Part shown: positions 17,448 to 26,494 of the stretch, piece by piece | Layout: each line of letters opens with the position of its first letter | Numbering within the stretch: position 1 is the stretch's first letter | Assembly: GCA_001775995.1 (NCBI GenBank) | Contig: MEZH01000012.1 | Span: 24,555 to 53,611, forward strand | Source of the DNA: Candidatus Bathyarchaeota archaeon RBG_16_48_13 | GTDB taxonomy: Archaea > Thermoproteota > Bathyarchaeia > RBG-16-48-13 | Length of the DNA: 29,057 nt | Reading direction: 5' to 3' | The notes under the pieces: model-generated | Database searches by the model: none | Seen by the model: only the letters and a program-made list of their open reading frames with translations | What the model was told of the DNA's origin: nothing | Program-made: the position numbers and the translations under genes

Positions 17448-19265
17448 CTAGGTGACGACATGTGCAGTCATTCGGCGAACATAATATACGCTTACTACCG
17501 ATAAAGCGGCGAAAATTATTGCCAAGAGTACAACATCAATGGCGATAGTAAGAACAGAAGGCAAAGAGGGGGACAACACCAGGAAGGACGTGCAAAAGAC
17601 CCATCCTGCCATGACCCCGGGCACAGCTCCGAGAACAACCAGGAGGAATGTCTGAGTCATGACAATACCTCTCAGATCCTTCCGCTTGGCTCCCACGGCC
17701 TTCATCACTTTGAAGTCATTTGACCGAGCTGAAACTGACAGAGCGGTGAAATTGATCAGGATTAACCCGCCTATAATGATGGTGAGGGAGGGCAGCGTCG
17801 ACAGGGACAACCAGACATCCTGCAGGAAACCAAGATCTTTATCCAAGACGCTAGTGAGATCATAGAGTTCAAGATTATTGCGTGTGACCGAACCCTCAAA
17901 GTCTGAAATTGAAGTTTTTTCAAGATCCAGCTTAACCAAGACAACGTTTGGATCTTCAAAGCCGGTCAAGGCTTGAAGCGTTTCGTATTTCAAGTAGATA
18001 GTGTAGCCTCCATTCAATGGGTCGACACAGGCTCCGGCGATATCGAAGTCTCTTCCGAGAATTTTCAAATGTTCTTGGCTAATATCGTATACCACGTCGA
18101 GTAAAGAATCGCCCACAACAAGAGCACTTTCGTCACCTTCGTTGATAAACCGCCCTGATAATACCCAGTCGTTTAGAACATCACCGGGGTTTACCCCCAG
18201 CGCCAGTACCTGAGCTCTGCGATCATCTCCAACTATCATGTAGCCGTCTGGAACAGGTGTCACCAATTTGACTTCGTAGGCCGTGAGTTCGGCTATTAAG
18301 CGTGGATCAAGCCCCTTGACATAGGGTTGGGAACGGAGCCAATCAACAAATCCGACCGGGATATTATATCCAGGATTGGATAAATTCGGCGCGGCGACGT
18401 CTTCTAGAGGATTGAATGAAAGCCTGTTCACGTAATAGGCGACGATGTCCTTGTGGGCTATGAGGAAAACTCCCTCCCCTATGCCCCTCTCAACGTAGTT
18501 CTGTACTGTCCCAGAGATTATTTGCCCCCCGAAGATGATGGTCGACAAAAGGCAGGAGATGAGAAATAGTGAAATCAATGTTCGAGAGGACCCCTTGTCG
18601 CCGAGGGCGCTTCTCGAAGCTATCTTGAATGCTGGACTGGCCCTAGCTATAGATCTTCGGCCAAGGTTTCCCAGGCGGAGTTTCATGGTTTGAGGCGATA
18701 ATGCGTTACTGGTCTGCAATTTCATAATGCTTCTATGAAGAGGCAGATAGATCGAGATGAAAGAGATCACCATTCCTAATATGAAAAGCACGGAGGCAAC
18801 TGAAAAAGGCTGGACTGAAATGACGGAAAAACCCAGGATCCTGAAAAATACCGTTGTGAGATAAAAGGAAAGCAAGCCACCAACTATTCCGATGACGCAA
18901 CCGAGGAATGCAATGATGAGGGATTCAAAGAGGAAAAAGGAGTTGACCTCTTCAGCCAGACCAATGGCTTTCATGATCCCTATGTCTCTGACTCTAAGGC
19001 CTGTCAACAAAGAGGAGAAACTCGAGAGCGCGATCAACCCAATGAGAAAAACGAGAATAGAGGCAATCAAGATGAATACTGCAAATATATAATTGAGGCC
19101 CACGGAGACCCTCCAAGGCAACTTGCTGTAGTTGAAACCCAATCCAAGGCCGTACAAGACCAAGAAAGTCAAGCCGCCCATCGCCAAGGCCAAGGCGCCA
19201 ATAGCCGAGAGAGTTTGGAATCTGCGCCTCGAGAGATCTTTCAGAATGTAAGACAGGGTGACCAA
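17448..19265 (-). CDS. FtsX/MacB-like ABC transporter permease with two FtsX-type TM blocks
   Basis: Two RxxD-hydrophobic-x-MKA-x-G motifs ([25 protein letters not shown]). About 8 TM segments and one large extracytoplasmic domain ([15 protein letters not shown]). Confidence 0.85.
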   Translation of the reverse strand: MVTLSYILKDLSRRRFQTLSAIGALALAMGGLTFLVLYGLGLGFNYSKLPWRVSVGLNYIFAVFILIASILVFLIGLIALSSFSSLLTGLRVRDIGIMKAIGLAEEVNSFFLFESLIIAFLGCVIGIVGGLLSFYLTTVFFRILGFSVISVQPFSVASVLFILGMVISFISIYLPLHRSIMKLQTSNALSPQTMKLRLGNLGRRSIARASPAFKIASRSALGDKGSSRTLISLFLISCLLSTIIFGGQIISGTVQNYVERGIGEGVFLIAHKDIVAYYVNRLSFNPLEDVAAPNLSNPGYNIPVGFVDWLRSQPYVKGLDPRLIAELTAYEVKLVTPVPDGYMIVGDDRRAQVLALGVNPGDVLNDWVLSGRFINEGDESALVVGDSLLDVVYDISQEHLKILGRDFDIAGACVDPLNGGYTIYLKYETLQALTGFEDPNVVLVKLDLEKTSISDFEGSVTRNNLELYDLTSVLDKDLGFLQDVWLSLSTLPSLTIIIGGLILINFTALSVSARSNDFKVMKAVGAKRKDLRGIVMTQTFLLVVLGAVPGVMAGWVFCTSFLVLSPSLPSVLTIAIDVVLLAIIFAALSVVSVYYVRRMTAHVVT

Positions 19266-19955
19266 TTATGTCTCAATCTTCCCATTCGACATTCTAAGGC
19301 ATCTGTCGGCCAACCGAACTATCCTCCGGTCATGGGTTGTCACCAGGACCGTCTTTGCTTTCCCTTTGAGAAGGCAAAGAATTCTAACAATCTCGATAGC
19401 TGTGGAATCGTCCAGATTGGCGGTGGGTTCATCGATCAGGAGTATTGGCGGGTCGTTGGCAAGAGCCCTGGCGAAGGCCACCCTCTGCTGCTCACCGCCA
19501 CTCAGTTGTCCTGGAAGATGATTAGCTCTCTCCTTCAGACCAACGGTCTCGAGTAGAACCATCGCTTTCTCAGTGATATTCTCACCGTGAGAACCAGCCA
19601 GCTCCATGGCGAACTCGATGTTCTCGGCGGCGGTGAGGGTGGAGACCAAATTATAACTCTGGAAGACGTAGCCTATGCGCCTACATCGAAAAGCAGCTAG
19701 GACGTCTTCCTCCAATTCGCTAATCGTCAGCCCAAGCACCCTGACCTCGCCTTCAGTGGGCTTATCTAAGCCCCCCACAATGTTCAGGAGGGTCGTCTTT
19801 CCGGCTCCTGAAGGCCCAGTAGCGGTTACGAACTCCCCAGTAGATATTTCCATGTTGATCTCAAGGAGGGCGTTCACAGTTCTATCGTCCACGCGGTAGG
19901 TTTTTGAGACATCAATTAGCTCAATGGCGTTTCCGCCTGGTTTCTGATCATCCAA
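19266..19955 (-). CDS. ABC transporter ATP-binding protein (LolD/MacB-type)
   Basis: Walker [19 protein letters not shown], Walker [13 protein letters not shown] and VTTHD. Confidence 0.95.
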   Translation of the reverse strand: MDDQKPGGNAIELIDVSKTYRVDDRTVNALLEINMEISTGEFVTATGPSGAGKTTLLNIVGGLDKPTEGEVRVLGLTISELEEDVLAAFRCRRIGYVFQSYNLVSTLTAAENIEFAMELAGSHGENITEKAMVLLETVGLKERANHLPGQLSGGEQQRVAFARALANDPPILLIDEPTANLDDSTAIEIVRILCLLKGKAKTVLVTTHDRRIVRLADRCLRMSNGKIET

Positions 19956-19957
19956 TC

Positions 19958-20947
19958 TCAGGTTCCTCTGACCTTGGGGATCACCTCCCTTGTGGCCAAC
20001 TCAAGAACATCTGTGCGACCATCAGGTATGCAAAGGGAGAAGTGATTCACACCAGCGCTTACGTATGCCCTCATTTTGTTGACACACTCTTTCGGGGAGC
20101 CAGCCACAGAAAATTTGTCTATCATGTCATCCGTTATGAGGGACCCAACCTTCTTCATATCTGGGAAAGCTTTCGTGAGAGGTCCCAGATCTTTTTCGTC
20201 AAGACCCACCGCCTCCAGAACGTAGCTGGGCGTGGAAAGAAAGTAGTAGATCATAGTCTGTTTCACCAGCTCTCTGGCCTCATCTGGGTTATCAGAAACG
20301 GCGAAGCCGGTTTCATTTGCTATGACGAAGCCCCCCGGGTTCCTGCCAGCTTTCTGCATTCCCTCTCTGAGATATCCAAGGGCGAAAGGCATGTATTCCA
20401 GGGGGACACCATTAAGGAACGCCCCGTCCGTGAGATTACCCGCCAATCTCAACATCTGGGGCCCCCTACAGGCCAGGTATATTGGGGTCAGATGCTTGGG
20501 TGCAAATGCCAGTTTTGCATTCAGAACCTTGAGATATTTTCCCTCATACGTCACCGTCATTCCCTTCAATAAGGGCCGCATTATTTTCAAGGCATCTCGG
20601 CACACGCCAACATGGTGGCGCCCATCTACTAATAGGTGGTTCAACAGATCATAGTTGCTCCCCGAGCCAAGCGTCAGTACGAACCTCCCTGAGGAAATGT
20701 CGTTGAGGGTAGACGCTGTTACCGCCGTCATCACAGGATGTCTACTATACGGGTTTGTGCAACCGATCCCTATCCTTATCTTGTTCGTATTCAGAGCGAT
20801 CATAGTCAGCAGCACGTAAGGGTCTCGGAAGAAGTTCTCATCAGCGATCCAAACCATGTCAATGCCAAGTTTCTCAGAGAACTGTGCGAGCTTAACTTTT
20901 TCGAGGAGATCGCCATCGGCGGCGAAATGGACACTGAACTCGACCAA
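19958..20947 (-). CDS. LLM-class (Mer-like, probably F420-dependent) oxidoreductase
   Basis: IRIGIGCTNPYSRHP, SSGRFVLTLGSG, IYLACRGPQMLRLAG and FSVAGSPKEC. Confidence 0.85.
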   Translation of the reverse strand: MVEFSVHFAADGDLLEKVKLAQFSEKLGIDMVWIADENFFRDPYVLLTMIALNTNKIRIGIGCTNPYSRHPVMTAVTASTLNDISSGRFVLTLGSGSNYDLLNHLLVDGRHHVGVCRDALKIMRPLLKGMTVTYEGKYLKVLNAKLAFAPKHLTPIYLACRGPQMLRLAGNLTDGAFLNGVPLEYMPFALGYLREGMQKAGRNPGGFVIANETGFAVSDNPDEARELVKQTMIYYFLSTPSYVLEAVGLDEKDLGPLTKAFPDMKKVGSLITDDMIDKFSVAGSPKECVNKMRAYVSAGVNHFSLCIPDGRTDVLELATREVIPKVRGT

Positions 20948-21107
20948 GGACTCTCAGCCCCAAGAGGGTATAGTCATCAGCTATTTTATAAAACTAAAAT
21001 TGTCTTTCATGGCTGGCAGATTGATGTTCAGAGCACAGCAAATAATTTGAGGCTGAGTGCTCTTATTACGTACGCAGGTCTGAAAGAGACCAGGGGAAGA
21101 GAGAGTT

Positions 21108-21647
21108 ATGTCAACCCTAGAATTCTCGCGAAAGATTAGAAACACAACGGTAGGAGTCAAGATAGGAGACCTAACCCAAGAGCAAACCGAAGCGGTGGTG
21201 AATCCCGCCAACAGCACGTTAACCATGGGAGGAGGCGTGGCTGCCGCCATAAAGCTGGCTGGAGGAGAGGAGATTGAGATGGAAGCCGTGAAGCAGGCTC
21301 CATGTCCCATAGGCAAAGCGATATATACACAGGGTGGTGCCTTGTCGGCGAAGTATGTAATTCACTCGCCCACCATGACTGGTCCCGCCACGAGAATAGA
21401 TCCAAGCTTCGTCAAGAAGGCCACCGGAGCGGCTCTCAACCTTGCAAAAGAACTCCAGCTCGTCACCATTTCAATTCCAGGGATGGGGACAGGTGTCGGT
21501 GGTGTGAGCTACAAGGACGCAACCAGGGTGATGATTGAAGCCATAAGAAACCATATCAACTCTGGTACGACGCTGGCCGAAATTCACTTGGTGGCACGGG
21601 ACAAGCTCATGTTTGAAGCCTTTAGGGGAGAGCTCTCCGCCCTGTGA
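21108..21647 (+). CDS. Macrodomain protein (ADP-ribose binding/hydrolase, Af1521-like)
   Basis: GDLT, VVNPANS, MGGGVAAAI, VIHSPT and PGMGTGVGG. Confidence 0.9.
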   Translation: MSTLEFSRKIRNTTVGVKIGDLTQEQTEAVVNPANSTLTMGGGVAAAIKLAGGEEIEMEAVKQAPCPIGKAIYTQGGALSAKYVIHSPTMTGPATRIDPSFVKKATGAALNLAKELQLVTISIPGMGTGVGGVSYKDATRVMIEAIRNHINSGTTLAEIHLVARDKLMFEAFRGELSAL

Positions 21648-22000
21648 CCCTTCTAATGCGCCTCCCCCACAAGAAGAGAAGCGTGGGTGATTCGACATTA
21701 GCGAGCAAGACTGATACTTCCAACGATCAATTACACCAAGGTGAACCATTGCCTCAAGATTGGGTAGAGATCAGCAAATACCTACAGGATCGACTTATGT
21801 TGAAGTGCTCGCCTGTGCAGTCAAGCTCTTCAAGAACAGAAACGATGTTCCCAGGGGTAGAATGGGCCAACAAGAAGACTGAGTTGTGTATAATGACAAG
21901 CGCGCGCGGAATGGCCAGGCTGAATGTTGACGGGCGCAGAATAGGAAACAGGTTCTTCTCCGAATTGCTTTGCCGAAGAAAAATGAAAGATCCAACTTGA
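21644..22000 (+). CDS. Doubtful hypothetical protein (118 aa)
   Basis: Only positional support: a GTGA overlap with the macrodomain stop, and it fills the gap to the convergent CBS gene. No recognisable motifs. Confidence 0.2.
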   Translation: MTLLMRLPHKKRSVGDSTLASKTDTSNDQLHQGEPLPQDWVEISKYLQDRLMLKCSPVQSSSSRTETMFPGVEWANKKTELCIMTSARGMARLNVDGRRIGNRFFSELLCRRKMKDPT

Positions 22001-22005
22001 AATGC

Positions 22006-22434
22006 CTATTCTTTGACCCCATTTCGAAGGAGCTCTTCGAAAATTCTCACCATCTGGGGTGCCGACCTGACCACGTCAGTGGAAGTTATGATCCCGACCA
22101 ACTTTTCATTCTCTAGAACCGCCAGTTTTTTGACCCTTTTCTTTGCCATCAGTGAAGCAGCTTCTTCGAGGCTGGCGTCCTTCTTAACGGTCAGCAATGG
22201 TCTCGACATTATGTCCTGAACTCGAATCGTTCGGGGATCTATGCACGGACCCGCCACTCGCCTCACAATATCGCGCTCAGTGACGATGCCTACAGGTTTT
22301 TCGCCTTCCATCACTATGAGGGAGCCAATGTCATTGCTCTCCATAGAGTTTATCGCTTCTCGGACTGTCGCGTGAGGCCTCGCTGTTATTATCCTCTTTG
22401 CCATAACATCGCTAACCGAAAGTATACCAGCCAT
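22006..22434 (-). CDS. CBS domain protein (one Bateman pair)
   Basis: VSDVMAK, PVGIVTERD, VQDIMSRP and LVGIITSTD. Confidence 0.9.
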   Translation of the reverse strand: MAGILSVSDVMAKRIITARPHATVREAINSMESNDIGSLIVMEGEKPVGIVTERDIVRRVAGPCIDPRTIRVQDIMSRPLLTVKKDASLEEAASLMAKKRVKKLAVLENEKLVGIITSTDVVRSAPQMVRIFEELLRNGVKE

Positions 22435-22688
22435 CCAGAATTTCCCCTGGAATTATAAACCTCTTCAGTCCCCTTAATATAGATTGACCCGCGCCGGGCG
22501 GAGAAGGGTCGCCCCTCCTATTCTGGATAACTCTCTTAGAGGGCTGAGTATTCCTCCTGATCTCAAATAAGGGGAAGCTTACAAAGGGTTCATTGAATTC
22601 TTGTCTCGGGTAAGACGATGACAGCAGATTGATGATTTCCAAAGATTAATCTAAATGGGATGATCATTAGTTATTTGGGAGTAATCTG

Positions 22689-23510
22689 ATGCCCCTTAAA
22701 GATTTAGCGAGTCAATTTCCGACAGACCTCGACATCGCTTACAGGCAGTATAAGGAATCCCGAAGAGTCGCAGATATAATGAGCAAAGACGTAGCCACGA
22801 TAAAATCGGAAGCAACAATGGGGGACGCCGCCCGGGTAATGGGAAAGAAGCACATAGGGAGCCTTATAGTGGTCAAAAAGGGCAAGCCTGTGGGAATCGT
22901 CACGGAAAGGGATCTTCTCACATATGTGTTAGGCCCAGGAAAAAAACTTGAAAAAGTCACCGTTGAGAGTCTGATGTCTTCTCCTCTGATCAGCGTGAAC
23001 CCATCAGACAGCACAAAAGAAGCGGCTCAAACGATGCAACGGAAGAAAGGGCGGCTCGCAGTCTTCGAGTGCGAGAAACTTGTGGGAATAGTGACCGCCT
23101 CAGATCTTGTTCGGAGTTTCCCTGAATCCCCTAAGACCATGCTCAAGGTGGACGACTTCATGACAAAGCGCGTAGTGACCTCCGATGGGAATACGACAAT
23201 AAGCACAGTAGTCAGGATGATGGGAGAGAAAAGGATCGGGAGCGTGATCGTGACTACCAGGGGTGAACCCAAGGGCATATTTACAGAAAGGGACCTCCTG
23301 ACAAAGTTCTTGGCTGAAGGGAAGTCGCTGAATGTTCCCGTAATAGAGGCGGCAACATCTCCGATCATAAGAGCTCCTGCAGGAACAAGCATTCACGAAG
23401 CCGCATTCATTATGGCATCCAAGCACATACGAAGACTGCCTATTACCAAGAATGGAAAGATCTTAGGGATAATAACTGCACGCGATCTAGTCGAAGCCTA
23501 TGCGAAGTAG
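22689..23510 (+). CDS. CBS domain protein (two Bateman pairs)
   Basis: Four CBS repeats (GIVTERD, GIVTASD, GIFTERD, GIITARD). Confidence 0.9.
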   Translation: MPLKDLASQFPTDLDIAYRQYKESRRVADIMSKDVATIKSEATMGDAARVMGKKHIGSLIVVKKGKPVGIVTERDLLTYVLGPGKKLEKVTVESLMSSPLISVNPSDSTKEAAQTMQRKKGRLAVFECEKLVGIVTASDLVRSFPESPKTMLKVDDFMTKRVVTSDGNTTISTVVRMMGEKRIGSVIVTTRGEPKGIFTERDLLTKFLAEGKSLNVPVIEAATSPIIRAPAGTSIHEAAFIMASKHIRRLPITKNGKILGIITARDLVEAYAK

Positions 23511-23520
23511 TCTTCAACTC

Positions 23521-23535
23521 TTTTTTTTCTTCTTT
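23521..23535 (+). terminator. Oligo-T terminator of the CBS gene
   Basis: T8 at 23521-23528, then CTTCTTT, 11 nt after the stop codon. Confidence 0.55.
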
Positions 23536-23597
23536 GCACCTACTCGATGCGACTTATATGGCACTGATTCGGAGAAAGATGATGAAAGATCGCAAAG

Positions 23598-24959
23598 TCA
23601 CTTCCTTGGTTCGGCTTCTCGAATAGCATCGTCCAGAATGTCCAGACCTTCGTTGGCCTCTTCCATAGTAATATTGAGGGGCGGAGTTATCTTGACAACA
23701 TGGGTGCTGTAGAGCCCAGAATAGAGCAGGATAAGTCCCTTCTTGAAAGCTCGTCTTATTACCTCTATCCCGGATTGGCTGTCAGGCTCCTTGGTCTTCC
23801 TATCTTTGACCAACTCGACACCTATCAGCAATCCTTTCCCATTCACCGAACCGATTATTTCATGTTCTCCCATCATCTCGAGCAGCCGTTTCCTCATGTG
23901 GTGCCCGATCTTGGCAGCATTTTCAACCATCTTCTCCTCGATTACAGCCTCCAGTGTAGCCAAGGCTGCAGCACAAGGTATGGGGCCGCCTCCGTAGGTG
24001 CTGGAAGCGCTTCCCCAGCCCCATTCGGGTATGTTCATGATCTTCGAGGTGGATATTACCGCGGACATGGGCAGGCCGCTTGCCATACCTTTGGCTACAA
24101 CGAGGATATCTGGCTTGACTTTGACGTGTTCGACGGCAAACATTTTTCCGGTTCTTCCCGGAAAAGTCTGGACCTCGTCGACCATTAGGAGACATCCGTA
24201 CTCATCAGCCATCGATCTCAATTCCGGGAGGAATTCATCAGGCGGCACGATGCAAGCATTCGGGCCCTGAATGGGTTCAACCAAGATTCCTGCCAAGTGC
24301 CCCGTCGATTCATACCGCTTCATGACGTTCTTGATGTAGTCCAGGCACATCACGCCGCAGTTTGGATACTCTTGACCGAAGTCACATCTGTAGCAGTAAG
24401 GATAAGGCATCTGCACGTAGCCTGGAGCCAACGCGGGATAGTGGAGCTTCTTGGGGGAAAAAGAGCCCGCAGCACTGGCGACCGCCAGAGTCAGACCGTG
24501 GTACCCACCGTAGAACGAGACTATGCCAGCCCTCTTCGTATAGGCTTTTGACAATTTAATGGCAGCCTCATTGGCCTCTGACCCTGTACTCAGGAGAAGA
24601 ACTTTGTCCATCCCTCTCGGCGAAACTCCTACGAGTTTCTCCAACAGTCTGCTTCTAGCTGGAACGCCCCAAATATAGGAGAAGATCACTTTTTCCGCCT
24701 GGTCCTTTATCGCCTCGACGACCTTGGGGTGGCAATGGCCGGTGCTCGTGACAACCACGCCCGAAGAGAAATCGAGATAAACGTTCTTGTCAACGTCCTC
24801 GACAAGAGAACCACGCGCTCTCTCTACATGAATTGGTGAGATCTCGTAGAGGTGAGAGATTGAGTGAGACATTAGTCTACTCTCTATCTCGTGGATGGCT
24901 TTGGAGGCCGGCCCAGGTGGTGTCTTAACAATTCTGACTGACCTTTTCTTCTTGTTCAT
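23598..24959 (-). CDS. Class III PLP-dependent enzyme (GabT-like aminotransferase family)
   Basis: DVDKNVYLDFSSG, GHCHPKV, STGSEANE, YHG, and DEVQT..GRTG...PDILVVAKG (PLP Lys). Start re-placed at ATG 24959 (MNKKK). Confidence 0.9.
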   Translation of the reverse strand: MNKKKRSVRIVKTPPGPASKAIHEIESRLMSHSISHLYEISPIHVERARGSLVEDVDKNVYLDFSSGVVVTSTGHCHPKVVEAIKDQAEKVIFSYIWGVPARSRLLEKLVGVSPRGMDKVLLLSTGSEANEAAIKLSKAYTKRAGIVSFYGGYHGLTLAVASAAGSFSPKKLHYPALAPGYVQMPYPYCYRCDFGQEYPNCGVMCLDYIKNVMKRYESTGHLAGILVEPIQGPNACIVPPDEFLPELRSMADEYGCLLMVDEVQTFPGRTGKMFAVEHVKVKPDILVVAKGMASGLPMSAVISTSKIMNIPEWGWGSASSTYGGGPIPCAAALATLEAVIEEKMVENAAKIGHHMRKRLLEMMGEHEIIGSVNGKGLLIGVELVKDRKTKEPDSQSGIEVIRRAFKKGLILLYSGLYSTHVVKITPPLNITMEEANEGLDILDDAIREAEPRK

Positions 24960-25034
24960 TTTTGTCACCAATCCAATCGTACAAAATGGAGCTGAAAAAT
25001 GGTGAAATGGAGAGCGTGTTACGCGCGCTTTCAA

Positions 25035-26390
25035 CTAATTGAATTTGCCTCTCTCCCAGAATGCGCGGATGTCTGCTTGAGAATCTTCGATGAGCTTTTC
25101 CTCGTCCATGGCCTTCAAGACACCGCCCTCGACAACGATCTTTCCATCGACTACAACCGTCTCCACATCGCTGCTCTTGGCGCAGTACACCAAAGCGGGC
25201 ACAGGGTTCTTGTAGGGTGTCATGTGAATCTTGTTGGCATTCACGACGATGACGTCGGCTTTCTTTCCCTCTTCGATGGAGCCGATCTCCTTCTCGAGCC
25301 CAATAGCGCTTGCACCTTCAATGGTGGCCATTTCCAAGATCTTCTGCGAATCTATGCTCATAGTATCCATTGTGTGTATTTTCTGAAGATATGCGGCAGC
25401 TCGCATCACCTCAAACATGTCGTGCGTGTTGCTGCCAATCCCGTCTGTGCCAAGAGACACAGGTATTCCAATTCTCGTCATCCTGCTTACAGGGGCAACC
25501 CCGAAAGCCAAGTACATGTTGCTGACAGGATTGTGAGCCACGCTTGTCCCCGTTTCTTTGAATATCTGAAGGTCCTCCTCGTTCAACCAAACGGAGTGAG
25601 CCGCTAGCGTGTTCGGACTCATCACGCCAAGATCTCTCAAATGCTCAACCTCACGCTTCAACACCTTCCAAGGTGGGTCGTTGGCGGCTGTCCAAGTTGC
25701 AGCGACATGAATTGTGAGGCGGGCTTTGTATCTTTTCGCTATGGCAACTGATCCAATTAGTCCTTCATCGCTGGTGTTTCCAAAGCCGGCAGGACTTACC
25801 CAGACGCTTATTCTGCCCGAGTCTTTGCCGTTCCATTTCTTGTACGCGTTTTCGAACTCCAACAGCGACTTCTTGGAGTTGGTCTCAGCCTCTTCATAGG
25901 GAGCTTGGTCCAATATTCCAAAGCCCAGACATGTTCTTATGCCAAGGTCTTCAGCTGACCTAGCCAAGTTGTCGAAATTTCGCCAACTCTTGTGGTAGTA
26001 GTGGCTTGTCACGGAGGTCGTGACCCCCGACTTGAGCAATTCAGAGTACGTCACTAGCCCTGCGTAGTAGAAATCCTTCTCCTCCGCGTACCTTGAGGTC
26101 TGGAACATGTAACGCATGTCCCATATTGCGAACTGCAGATCGTGAGCCATGGTTCTGTATAGGGTTTGGTCAGCATGATCGTGGCCGTTTATAAGACCGG
26201 GCAAAACGATCTTGCCCTTGGCGTCCAACAGCCTGTCCGCCTTGATACCTTTCTTCACGTCATCGCTCTTGCCTACGGCCGCTATTCTGTTTCCCTCGAT
26301 GAGGACAGCGCCATTTTCCAAAACTCTTCTCTTCTTGTCCATTGTCAGGATAGTGCCATGATCTATGAGCGTGGTTGTATAAGCCTTCAA
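25035..26390 (-). CDS. Metal-dependent amidohydrolase (MTA/SAH-deaminase/AtzA-like subgroup)
   Basis: PGLINGHDH (HxH), TIHV, AAHSVW, HNPVSN, SLGTDG and GSIEEGKKAD. TTG start. Confidence 0.88.
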   Translation of the reverse strand: MKAYTTTLIDHGTILTMDKKRRVLENGAVLIEGNRIAAVGKSDDVKKGIKADRLLDAKGKIVLPGLINGHDHADQTLYRTMAHDLQFAIWDMRYMFQTSRYAEEKDFYYAGLVTYSELLKSGVTTSVTSHYYHKSWRNFDNLARSAEDLGIRTCLGFGILDQAPYEEAETNSKKSLLEFENAYKKWNGKDSGRISVWVSPAGFGNTSDEGLIGSVAIAKRYKARLTIHVAATWTAANDPPWKVLKREVEHLRDLGVMSPNTLAAHSVWLNEEDLQIFKETGTSVAHNPVSNMYLAFGVAPVSRMTRIGIPVSLGTDGIGSNTHDMFEVMRAAAYLQKIHTMDTMSIDSQKILEMATIEGASAIGLEKEIGSIEEGKKADVIVVNANKIHMTPYKNPVPALVYCAKSSDVETVVVDGKIVVEGGVLKAMDEEKLIEDSQADIRAFWERGKFN

Positions 26391-26494
26391 TGCCGGAACC
26401 TCGCTGAAGTAATCCCGCGAGTTTTATCTTAAGACTTTCTATGTTCAACCTTAATTTTATTAATGGGTCCATTAAATTACTCGGAAGAGGATGC

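Noticed and set aside
22629-22689. Possible C/D box sRNA (TTGATGA ... CTGA)
   Set aside because: D' and C' boxes are poor, the second guide is too long, the D box overlaps the CBS start codon, and the AT-rich context makes chance likely.
24984-25010. Three AAATGG direct repeats between the amidohydrolase and the PLP enzyme
   Set aside because: Irregular spacing (13 and 8 nt). Most simply read as short T-tracts on the minus strand.
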